This document shows positions 56,450 through 64,000 of a stretch of DNA of 64,000 nucleotides, in pieces. Source of the DNA: Rubripirellula sp. GTDB taxonomy: Bacteria > Planctomycetota > Planctomycetia > Pirellulales > Pirellulaceae. The stretch covers positions 4,096,001 to 4,160,000 of the forward strand of contig OZ244207.1 of assembly GCA_965216875.1 (NCBI GenBank), given 5' to 3'. The position numbers were made by a program, and so were the translations under genes. Position 1 is the stretch's first letter. Each line of letters opens with the position of its first letter. Under the pieces are notes generated by a model. That model was given only the letters and a program-made list of their open reading frames with translations, was not told the origin of the DNA and made no database searches.

Positions 56450-57270
56450 TCGCCATAGCCTGGAATTTCGGTCGGCACGCTTTCGGAAATCCCCAGCTCG
56501 CGTCGCATCAGGTTGCCCGTCTCTCGATACCAGTCAAAGAGCGTGCGAACATCAATGCCAACGTTGAAGTGTTTCACCCCCATCTCGAGATACGGCTCGA
56601 AGCCAGCAGGACGATTCAGCTCAACACGCGGATGCACTCCCTTTTTCATTGCCGTTTGGATCACGGTTCGCTCAGCTTCTTTGACCCGTGGATGATCGAA
56701 TTGCCCCGTCACACCAATACTGTTGGCAAAGTCGGCTGGACCAAACTGGACCATGTCGACGCCTGGGTAATCAAGCATTGCCTCGAGGTTATCGAGGGCA
56801 CTCTCTTTTTCGATCATCAACGCGATGACAACCTGATCCATCGCCCCGGCCCATGCTTCGCTGCCCGCTTCAGTGATCGCCGCGCGGTGCAGGTTCACTC
56901 CCTGCAATCCGCCCGACTTCGGACGTTCCGACCGGACAGCCCGCAGGCACTGAGCAACCTCATCAACATCCCGTGGGTCGGCGAAGAGAACACTTTGGAA
57001 GCCTGCACCGATGGCGCGGACGGCGGTCGCCGCGCGTGACTCCTGCTCGATCTTGATCATGCCGCTCAAGTGGTCAAACAACTCGATCGCACGCCCCATC
57101 TCTTCCAATGTCCGATGATCGTACGGTGCGTACTCGGCGCAAAACTCGACGTAGTCGAACCCGCCCGCATGTCCAACGAGCTCGATTAGGGTTGGCCAAT
57201 TGCCCATCAATCGCGTCCCCAATGTGGGCTGCCCCGCATCAAGGAGCTGTCGCAGACGGTTTGGACGCAT
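56446..57270 (-). CDS. HpcH/HpaI class II aldolase family protein
   Basis: NRLRQLL..G; GFDYV; LMIEKE; VQFGPADF. Confidence 0.9.
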   Translation of the reverse strand: MRPNRLRQLLDAGQPTLGTRLMGNWPTLIELVGHAGGFDYVEFCAEYAPYDHRTLEEMGRAIELFDHLSGMIKIEQESRAATAVRAIGAGFQSVLFADPRDVDEVAQCLRAVRSERPKSGGLQGVNLHRAAITEAGSEAWAGAMDQVVIALMIEKESALDNLEAMLDYPGVDMVQFGPADFANSIGVTGQFDHPRVKEAERTVIQTAMKKGVHPRVELNRPAGFEPYLEMGVKHFNVGIDVRTLFDWYRETGNLMRRELGISESVPTEIPGYGD

Positions 57271-57556
57271 CGGTTGGGAACCTGAGAGGGGAGCGAGTCG
57301 TGGACAGAGGCGACATTGTAGCCCCGATCACAGCGTGCAAATTGTCTCGTTACGAGACCCTGTGTGATCAAGTTGACCCGGTTTCGCCTGAGTAGGGGAT
57401 CCGCGCGAAACGGCGTTTTTTGCAATCTTTCAGGGTCGAAATGCAGGCCGCGGCACTTTTCCGAAAAAAACTCGGCCGCCCTGTAATCTGCGAGCCGGCG
57501 GATGCCATTCCCTAGTGTCAACACGAAGCAAACACAACAAAACAAGGGACGACACG

Positions 57557-57841
57557 ATGACAACCGCAGCCGCACTCCTGAGCCTGACCGCAGCAATGAC
57601 TCCCCTGGCCATCATGGCTTGCTACGCAATCGACCGTCACATCCGCCGCAAAGGCCAACTGGCTTACCTTCGCGGCCCCCTTCGCGATCAAGTCATGTAT
57701 ATGATGAATTCGCCCGCTTTGGCACACGCACCCGCTTTGGCACACACCATGCACAGCAATCAACCACGGTTGGCCGAAGTCGAAAGCTCTTCACAAGCCA
57801 TCCCCGCCGGATTGTTGACTCACAAACAACTCAGTGCTTAG
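57557..57841 (+). CDS. Small hypothetical protein with N-terminal hydrophobic segment
   Basis: AAGGGA upstream; internal duplication encoding PALAH twice. Confidence 0.5.
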   Translation: MTTAAALLSLTAAMTPLAIMACYAIDRHIRRKGQLAYLRGPLRDQVMYMMNSPALAHAPALAHTMHSNQPRLAEVESSSQAIPAGLLTHKQLSA

Positions 57842-57937
57842 TCCTGAGCCCCAAACAGAACCCGCATCCGACTCAAGCTTTGATCCAACAAACACCTCGA
57901 CGCCAAGGACGTCTTTAGCAACCCATCAGGTGATGTC

Positions 57938-58264
57938 ATGAAGAAACTACTCGCCATCGCGTTCGTGTTGACCTTCGCCGTCACAGCCTCCGCACAAAAC
58001 CAACGGCCTGGATCCAAGTACCCGCTGTATCGGTCACCCGATCAGAAACAAGCCGACTTTCAAGCAGCCCAACAGCGTCAGCGCTATGTGGCTCCGACGA
58101 TCACGATTCCCCAGCGATACTACTGGGATCCCTATTACGGCTACGGCTATCCCTACGGACGATACCCGTACTACCGCCCAAACTACTATCCAGGCACGTA
58201 CTCCTATTACCCATCCCCAGGAATGCAGCCTTGGATCCGGCCCTTCACGTTGCCCGTACGTTGA
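57938..58264 (+). CDS. Small secreted Tyr/Pro/Gly-rich protein
   Basis: AGGTG upstream; signal peptide MKKLLAIAFVLTFAVTASA; YYWDPYYGYGYPYGRYPYY low-complexity tract. Confidence 0.8.
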   Translation: MKKLLAIAFVLTFAVTASAQNQRPGSKYPLYRSPDQKQADFQAAQQRQRYVAPTITIPQRYYWDPYYGYGYPYGRYPYYRPNYYPGTYSYYPSPGMQPWIRPFTLPVR

Positions 58265-58299
58265 ACCAAGCGCACGACGAAGCACCCGCGTGACACGTG

Positions 58300-58617
58300 A
58301 TGGATCCGCTGAACCCTTACCGCCCGGCATCGGAAACGGAAGACGCGTCCCCGTTGCCCTCCCGTGCCACGGGCAACCGCGTTGATGAGGGAACGCGTGC
58401 CGGTGCCTGCTTGGCACTTGCCGTCGGTGGGACGGTGCAGTTGATGGTGATTCGCAGTTGGGCCGATTGGACTGCCGCTTTGGTCGGCCTGACACTCTTG
58501 TCGATCGCATGGGCTTGTTACCCCTGGCGACACACCGTCCACCGGCTCACGCCGACGCGACGCGACAACACGCCGATCGTCCCTGCCAGGCACTCCCAAG
58601 ACGATTCGCAACCGTGA
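58300..58617 (+). CDS. Small 2-TM membrane protein with NPY motif
   Basis: MDPLNPYRP start; two hydrophobic helices. Confidence 0.6.
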   Translation: MDPLNPYRPASETEDASPLPSRATGNRVDEGTRAGACLALAVGGTVQLMVIRSWADWTAALVGLTLLSIAWACYPWRHTVHRLTPTRRDNTPIVPARHSQDDSQP

Positions 58618-58992
58618 CGCCCATCTCGCGTGGCTCTCGCATCACCGAGTTCGTCCTCCAATCGTCGAGCCCGCTTTCCTCTCGTCGAGTCCGTTTTTCT
58701 CTCACCGAGTCCATTCTCCTCGCATCGGGCGCGTCCGCCATCCAGCGGGGCATCGACCCTCACAACGAGCAGAATCGTCATGACGAGCGCGCTGATGGCA
58801 TCCGTGTGCCCATCGAGAAACGTCATCCCCTCGGTGAGCGACCTATAGAAATAGGAATGGGGCAGATGATCGGGTTGGACCTGTGATTCTCAGAGGGCAG
58901 GGCGATTAGGCTGTCACAGCTCCCATCTTCTTGGCAAACAAGATCACGACTTCACCTTCCAATCAATCATTTGTGACCGCGGGGCGCCCCAC

Positions 58993-59196
58993 ATGTCCGA
59001 CGATGACCAACCGGTTCCGTACACCAACCCGGTCACGGTCATTGCCGCTGGCACCGCGATCGTCTTGATCATTGCCTGCCTGTTCGCGTCGCTTCCGAGC
59101 TGGCGAAAACCCAAGATGGATTCAGGCATCGACATCGACATCGAGTCGACTCGAATGATCCGCCACGACGCGCCCCGAGAGTCGGATCCTCGTTGA
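58993..59196 (+). CDS. Small single-TM hypothetical protein
   Basis: One TM (VIAAGTAIVLIIACLFASL); fills an intergenic gap. Confidence 0.5.
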   Translation: MSDDDQPVPYTNPVTVIAAGTAIVLIIACLFASLPSWRKPKMDSGIDIDIESTRMIRHDAPRESDPR

Positions 59197-59232
59197 TCCA
59201 TCGCGCAGCCCAAGATCCATCGCGCAGCCCAA
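59195..59232. repeat. Perfect 19-bp tandem duplication
   Basis: GATCCATCGCGCAGCCCAA at 59195-59213 and 59214-59232. Confidence 0.95.
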
Positions 59233-59261
59233 AAACAATTGCCTGCCGCCTTGCGTTACAG

Positions 59262-59286
59262 TGAACCTTATCGACCGTTGGTTCGA
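59262..59286 (+). promoter_or_regulatory. Candidate ECF promoter upstream of the AAA+ gene
   Basis: TGAACC-N15-TCG, also present at 60865-60888. Confidence 0.5.
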
Positions 59287-59331
59287 TAGAACTGCATCAA
59301 GTGCGACATCACTCGACCAAGGTAGGCAAGA

Positions 59332-60816
59332 ATGAGTCAGGCGGCGCGAAGTACGGTTTGGGTTTGTTTGATTGTCAGCGGCGTTATCGCCGTTTTGCTC
59401 TCGTTCGTCCTCACCTCCGAAGCGATGACGGTATTGGTTGCCGCTGGCGTCGGCGTGATCTGGACTGCGTGGGCCATTCTCTCGGCCTGGTTGTTTGGAC
59501 TACGGCGCCACGTCCTCGGACACATGGCCTGTCAACTCGAAGAGTTGACCTTCGTCAGCAAGAACGTGGGTGCCAGCCGCATTGTTGATTACATCAACAC
59601 GCTCGAGCATCTGTACGAATCGACTGACTGCCAGCGTTTTGGAGCCAAACGCGACCGGATGCTCACCTCGATCCAACATACGAACATCCCCACCGAGAAC
59701 GTCGAATGGAACACGATTGAAAGTGTTGCCGAAGAGTTGATCAGCGTTCCAGTCAACCCGGTCTACTTGATGCATCATGAGGGCGAAGCCTTCGCCGTTC
59801 GATTGTCGAGCCAGTTATTTGTCGACCACTTTGGCCAGGAAGATGCTTGGTCGACGGCCAGTGGATTTGCATCACTTGAAATCGTCGCCCACTCGCTCGA
59901 AAAAGCGAACGTGATCCTTCGTTGGCTGTCCGGGCAAACGGCCGAGCGTTCGATGTATCGCGGCAAAATGCTTCATATCTCAACGCCCCAAGATGGCACT
60001 GCGGGTCAGAACATTCGCGTGTCGGCTCCGCCCGAAGCCAGCCGCGACGATATCGTGTTACCACAATCACTCGTCGATCTTGTCGAACGTCTCGTCCATG
60101 GTCGACGCAAACACCACGCGCGACTGAGAGAGTTTGGCCACAAGACCAAACTCGGCCTCTTGCTTCACGGAGCGCCGGGCACCGGCAAGACATTGCTGAC
60201 GAAGTATCTGATCACAAGTTGCGACGACCACACCGTGGTCGTGCCGAGTGACCTGTCGGTCGAAACACTTCGTGAATCGTTTCGCATGGCGAAGTACTTG
60301 CAACCTTCGATTCTCGTGATTGAGGACGTCGACCTGCTGGCCCCGCGTCGCGAAACCAATTTGTACGTCGATCGGTTACAGGAACTGATGAACGAACTCG
60401 ATGGGTTAGGGGAGGGCAGTGACACGATCGTCATCATGTCCACCAATCGCCCGGAAGTGCTCGAGCCTGCACTTGCTTCGCGACCAGGACGCGTTTCGCA
60501 AACCATCGAGTTTCCTTTGCCCGATGAACCACTTCGACGTGATCTCCTCAAGCTCTACCTCGGCGACACCTGCGGCGGCGAGCGACTGCTTGACCAATGG
60601 GCCAACAGGACGGACAAAGCGAGCCCGGCCTTCTTGGAAGAACTGTGCAAACGAGCGATCCTGATCGCATGTGAGCGTACGGAAACGGCAGGGTCGGAAA
60701 CCAAAGACATCGACGTGCAATTCAACGATCTCGATGCCGCCATCCATGAGTTGGTCATCATGGGTGGTGACCTAACGACAAAAGTCCTCGGCTTTGCAAA
60801 CTCCGATCAGGAATAG
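59332..60816 (+). CDS. Membrane-anchored AAA+ ATPase
   Basis: Two N-terminal TMs; Walker A HGAPGTGKT; Walker B LVIEDVD; MSTNRPE..LASRPGR. Confidence 0.92.
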   Translation: MSQAARSTVWVCLIVSGVIAVLLSFVLTSEAMTVLVAAGVGVIWTAWAILSAWLFGLRRHVLGHMACQLEELTFVSKNVGASRIVDYINTLEHLYESTDCQRFGAKRDRMLTSIQHTNIPTENVEWNTIESVAEELISVPVNPVYLMHHEGEAFAVRLSSQLFVDHFGQEDAWSTASGFASLEIVAHSLEKANVILRWLSGQTAERSMYRGKMLHISTPQDGTAGQNIRVSAPPEASRDDIVLPQSLVDLVERLVHGRRKHHARLREFGHKTKLGLLLHGAPGTGKTLLTKYLITSCDDHTVVVPSDLSVETLRESFRMAKYLQPSILVIEDVDLLAPRRETNLYVDRLQELMNELDGLGEGSDTIVIMSTNRPEVLEPALASRPGRVSQTIEFPLPDEPLRRDLLKLYLGDTCGGERLLDQWANRTDKASPAFLEELCKRAILIACERTETAGSETKDIDVQFNDLDAAIHELVIMGGDLTTKVLGFANSDQE

Positions 60817-60864
60817 CGGCGAGACGGGGCGGCTTTTCTTTTTCTGGAAAAAAGCCGCTTGCGT

Positions 60865-60888
60865 TGAACCAATCGCCATGTCGCGTCG
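60865..60888 (+). promoter_or_regulatory. Candidate autoregulatory ECF promoter
   Basis: TGAACC-N15-TCG, preceded by GCCGCTTGCGT, matching the 59245-59286 site. Confidence 0.5.
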
Positions 60889-60937
60889 GCTTAAGGGCGT
60901 TCCAAGAGTGAATTGACTCCTCGCCGGCGGCAAGAAA

Positions 60938-61501
60938 ATGGCTGAAAACACTGACGAAACTCAGATCAGCGAAGCCGTTCTTGTCGTGATGGCTCAAACC
61001 CGCGACGCCACCGCGTTTCGAAAACTGATGGATCTGTATCAGGGCCGGCTCTCCTATTACATCCGTCGCCAAATCGGCCCAACCGACGAAAGCGACGATG
61101 TTCTCCAAGAAACCTGGCTGCGAGTGCACCGGCGGATCCACACCCTGCGAGCCCCTGAGGCGTTCCGCGTTTGGCTCTACAAGATCGCCCACGACTTGTC
61201 GGTCGGACACATCCGCAAGTCAACACGAACGGCCCAAACCGCCTCTGACGAGAGCTTTGACCAGAACGTTATCGACACATGGGACGAGTACGAAGCGATG
61301 GAACACGCTGACCTTGTTCATCAGACGCTCGAGTCGCTCTCACCCGAACATCGCGAAGTGTTGACGCTTCGCTTCTTAGAACAAATGGACATCGAAGAAA
61401 TGGCAGTCGTTGTCGACTGTGCAACCGGGACCGTCAAATCCCGATTGCACTACGCGAAGGCTGCACTGCGCAAACAAATCGAGGAGCAACTCAATGGTTG
61501 A
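60938..61501 (+). CDS. ECF sigma-70 factor
   Basis: DDVLQETWL; FRVWLYKIAH; REVLTLRF; GTVKSRLHYAK. Confidence 0.95.
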   Translation: MAENTDETQISEAVLVVMAQTRDATAFRKLMDLYQGRLSYYIRRQIGPTDESDDVLQETWLRVHRRIHTLRAPEAFRVWLYKIAHDLSVGHIRKSTRTAQTASDESFDQNVIDTWDEYEAMEHADLVHQTLESLSPEHREVLTLRFLEQMDIEEMAVVVDCATGTVKSRLHYAKAALRKQIEEQLNG

Positions 61502-61913
61502 TCACGATTCCAAACGAACGTTTTCCGAGCAATTGATCCAACAGGACGAAGGCATTTCACCCACTTCACTTCAGGAGAAAAGCATGAAACTTCAGCAAAC
61601 CCTTGATTCGCTTGACGCCAAAGCAAGATCCAGCCAGCGTTTCACCGTCATCTCGATCGCCGCCTTTGCCGTTTGTTACGTCGCGGGCGTTGTCTTCAAT
61701 GTCATCGTGCACCTGCTCGGCGACTTCGGCACAGTGGTCGCTGGGGTTTGGATGCTTTGCAGTTGGGTGACCATGATCACCGCTGCGGTCGCCCTCACGC
61801 GGCACCTGACCGTTCACCGTCCGCGACTCGAAAAGGGACGGACCGATCTGCAGATCGCAATGTTCCAGGACCTACAACGTCAACTCACGCAGTTGAGTCA
61901 GCACAAGGACTGA
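61494..61913 (+). CDS. Small 2-TM protein coupled to the ECF (putative anti-sigma factor)
   Basis: GAGGAG upstream; 8-bp overlap with the ECF; soluble N-terminus then two TMs. Confidence 0.75.
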   Translation: MVDHDSKRTFSEQLIQQDEGISPTSLQEKSMKLQQTLDSLDAKARSSQRFTVISIAAFAVCYVAGVVFNVIVHLLGDFGTVVAGVWMLCSWVTMITAAVALTRHLTVHRPRLEKGRTDLQIAMFQDLQRQLTQLSQHKD

Positions 61914-61930
61914 ACCACATCCTCTCGTAC

Positions 61931-62010
61931 TGTAGCTACGCTCGCCAGAGCGTGGAGGCAAAGGAGACCGGTCTCCCAACACCGTCTGCCATCTGGCGAA
62001 GGTAGCTACA
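61931..62010. repeat. GTAGCTAC-type REP doublet
   Basis: TGTAGCTACGCTCGCCAGAGCGTGG..TCTGGCGAAGGTAGCTACA. Confidence 0.88.
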
Positions 62011-62130
62011 CTCACCCGCTCAACGTTCAGGGTCCGATTCGGCAAGCACGCGTCGCCGCATTCAACTAGAATGCGATTCCCGCCTGCCTCCCGCCTCGTT
62101 CTCTCCCCCGCCTGAACTTGAGAGTTTGTC

Positions 62131-63696
62131 ATGGATCATCGTGATCTTTGCAATCGATTCGTTTCTGTTTTTGCACGCACCATCATCCTGGTGGTTGGAA
62201 CGCTTGTTCCGGTCGTTTGCAGCGCCTACGACGATCGCCCCAACATCCTGCTGATCTTGGCCGACGATCTTGGGTATGGCGATCTCGGTTGTTACAACCC
62301 CGACTCGCAAATCCCTACGCCCCATCTCGATCGTTTGGCGAAGCAGGGCTTGAGGATGACCGATGCACACAGCCCGTGCACGGTCTGCACGCCGACACGC
62401 TATAGCTTGATGACGGGGCAAATGGCCTTTCGTGTCCCACGTGGTGGAACGGTCTTCACAGGCGCGGGCGGTCCCTCGCTGATCGCCCCCGAACGATTGA
62501 CGCTGCCGGAAATGCTTAAGACTCGCGGATATTCAACAGCGTGCTTCGGCAAGTGGCACGTGGGGATGAGCTTCTTTGATGCAAAGGGCGAGGCCATCCA
62601 CAAAGGTGGCCTCGACGCGGTTCGGCGCATCGACTACTCGCACCCAATCGTTGGCGGTCCCGTGGATCACGGCTTCGATCAGTTCTTTGGAACGGCATGC
62701 TGCCCAACCACCGATTGGCTTTACGCCTTCATCGATGGAGACCGAATCCCGACTCCACCCAAAGAAAAGCTTGATCGCCAAACCTTGCCCGATCATCCGT
62801 ATTCAAAAGACAACCGGCCAGGAATGGTTGCCGATGACTTTGATCTCGAAGAAGTCGATATGAAATTCCTCGAAAAGAGCGTTCAGTTTCTCGAAGATCA
62901 TGTCCGTCGATCTCCCAACAAACCCTTCTTCCTTTTTCATTCGACCCAAGCCGTTCACTTGCCGTCGTTTCCCGGCGATGCGTTTCAAGGCAAAACAAAG
63001 TCGGGCCCTCACGGCGATTTCATCTTTCAACTCGACCATATCGTCGGCCAATTGATGCAGACGCTCGATCGATTGGGCGTTGCCGAAGAAACACTTGTCA
63101 TCTTCACGAGCGACAACGGCCCTGAGGTTGGCACGATCTATCACATGCGACGCGATCACAAGCATGACGGCGCGCGACCGTGGCGTGGCATTAAGCGAGA
63201 CAATTGGGAAGGCGGCCATCGCGTGCCCTTCATCGCTCGATGGCCGGGGCAAATCCCACCCGGAAGCGAGTCGGCCCAGATCACGTCGCTGACCGATGTC
63301 ATGGCAACGATCGCCGAGATCGTTGACTATCCACTGCCGGAGAATTGTGCGGAAGATAGTTTCAGCATGCTCACGGCGTTTCGAGGCCGCGATGGCGGCA
63401 TGCCGATTCGGCCCTACATTCTGCAGCAAGGCTTCGGTGGTTCACGGTACCTTGCCATTCGCCGAGGCAATTGGAAGTTACTGGCTCACAAAGGCTCGGG
63501 AGGCAATCGCTACGAAAACCATCGAATGCTCAAAGAGTACTTCATCGCCGATAGCGAACCCGATGCCCCGGCCCAGCTCTACAACCTCAAAGACGATCCT
63601 GGCGAAACCCAAAACCTCTACTTCACCCACCCGGGTGTCGCCATGGAACTCGAAAAACTACTTCAGAAGACGATCAAAGCCGGACGCAGCCGATAG
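62131..63696 (+). CDS. Arylsulfatase-like sulfatase (Cys-type)
   Basis: PNILLILADDLGYGD; CTPTR; GKWHV; FTSDNG; WEGGHRVPF; LYNLKDDPGE. Confidence 0.96.
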   Translation: MDHRDLCNRFVSVFARTIILVVGTLVPVVCSAYDDRPNILLILADDLGYGDLGCYNPDSQIPTPHLDRLAKQGLRMTDAHSPCTVCTPTRYSLMTGQMAFRVPRGGTVFTGAGGPSLIAPERLTLPEMLKTRGYSTACFGKWHVGMSFFDAKGEAIHKGGLDAVRRIDYSHPIVGGPVDHGFDQFFGTACCPTTDWLYAFIDGDRIPTPPKEKLDRQTLPDHPYSKDNRPGMVADDFDLEEVDMKFLEKSVQFLEDHVRRSPNKPFFLFHSTQAVHLPSFPGDAFQGKTKSGPHGDFIFQLDHIVGQLMQTLDRLGVAEETLVIFTSDNGPEVGTIYHMRRDHKHDGARPWRGIKRDNWEGGHRVPFIARWPGQIPPGSESAQITSLTDVMATIAEIVDYPLPENCAEDSFSMLTAFRGRDGGMPIRPYILQQGFGGSRYLAIRRGNWKLLAHKGSGGNRYENHRMLKEYFIADSEPDAPAQLYNLKDDPGETQNLYFTHPGVAMELEKLLQKTIKAGRSR

Positions 63697-63703
63697 AGCC
63701 GCC

Positions 63704-63801
63704 GTTTGTAGTACCGCCTTCAGGCGGCGCACTAAAGATTCCGGCTAAAGCTCGGTACTACAAACACGTGAAGATTTCGGCAAAACCTCGGTACTACAAA
63801 C
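63704..63801. repeat. GTAG-type REP doublet plus an extra degenerate arm
   Basis: GTTTGTAGTACCGCCTTCAGGCGG..GATTCCGGCTAAAGCTCGGTACTACAAAC, then GATTTCGGCAAAACCTCGGTACTACAAAC. Confidence 0.9.
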
Positions 63802-64000
63802 TATTGCGATGCCGCCGGCGCCGCCTCTTCAGTCTGCTCCGGCTCTTCCAAGCGGATCATGTTCCAGACTTGTGGTTCTTTTTCATCAAAGTGAATCAGA
63901 GCACTCGCCTCGTTTTCAGACAGGTTGTAGATACCTGTCTCCATGATCGGCCATTCTTTGCCAACCGGTCCCCAAGCGGCACGCTGGCTCTCTTTGTCGA
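63801..64000 (-). CDS. C-terminal end of a hypothetical protein (partial, runs off window end)
   Basis: Hand translation ..DKESQRAAWGPVGKEWPIMETGIYNLSENEASALIHFDEKEPQVWNMIRLEEPEQTEEAAPAASQ, ending at TAG 63803-63801. Confidence 0.75.
   Translation of the reverse strand, partial: DKESQRAAWGPVGKEWPIMETGIYNLSENEASALIHFDEKEPQVWNMIRLEEPEQTEEAAPAASQ

Noticed and set aside
53198..58264. RiPP cluster from the deacylase, C39 peptidase, FKBP and Tyr-rich peptide
   Set aside because: The genes are separated by a terminator and REPs and lie on different strands; no leader motif, transporter or tailoring enzyme is present
58518..58826. Minus-strand 102-aa ORF
   Set aside because: Overlaps the 58300-58617 ORF, has poor RBS spacing and no motif
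1..64000. tRNA, rRNA, IS transposase, integrase, prophage
   Set aside because: None recognised by eye or in the ORF track; tRNAscan-SE, cmscan and ISEScan would be needed to exclude them formally

Overview
A high-GC bacterial chromosome segment that looks like a Planctomycete (Pirellulaceae-like), judged from a DUF1559 protein, a PVC-type CxxCH heme protein, a TIGR02999-like ECF sigma, many Ser/Thr kinases and sulfatases. About 50 plausible CDSs are present. They include housekeeping genes (argS, rsfS, yidC, an RlmM-like methyltransferase), a MoxR/VWA/BatD operon, glycan enzymes (GH29 fucosidase, two sulfatases) and dense signalling (3 Ser/Thr kinases, PP2C, 3 ECF sigmas, 2 histidine kinases). 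I recognised no rRNA, tRNA, CRISPR-cas or transposase. Intergenic regions carry several palindromic repeat families: GTAG-type REP doublets, 9-nt-periodic repeats, and a five-unit 181-bp tandem array. The best candidate for something new is 8.1-14.6 kb. There a membrane-embedded beta-propeller + KAP P-loop NTPase appears to be split into two overlapping, probably translationally coupled genes; the second supplies its own signal peptide, ectodomain, TM helix and the C-terminal KAP motif. It lies next to an orphan gene and the mosaic 181-bp hairpin array. Other leads are an AT-hook nucleoid-protein candidate, a kinase-pseudoreceiver fusion, a PDZ-containing YidC, an ECF-linked kinase with inverted topology, and an AAA+/ECF/membrane-protein module sharing a promoter-like motif. 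All family calls come from motif recognition by eye; no searches were run.
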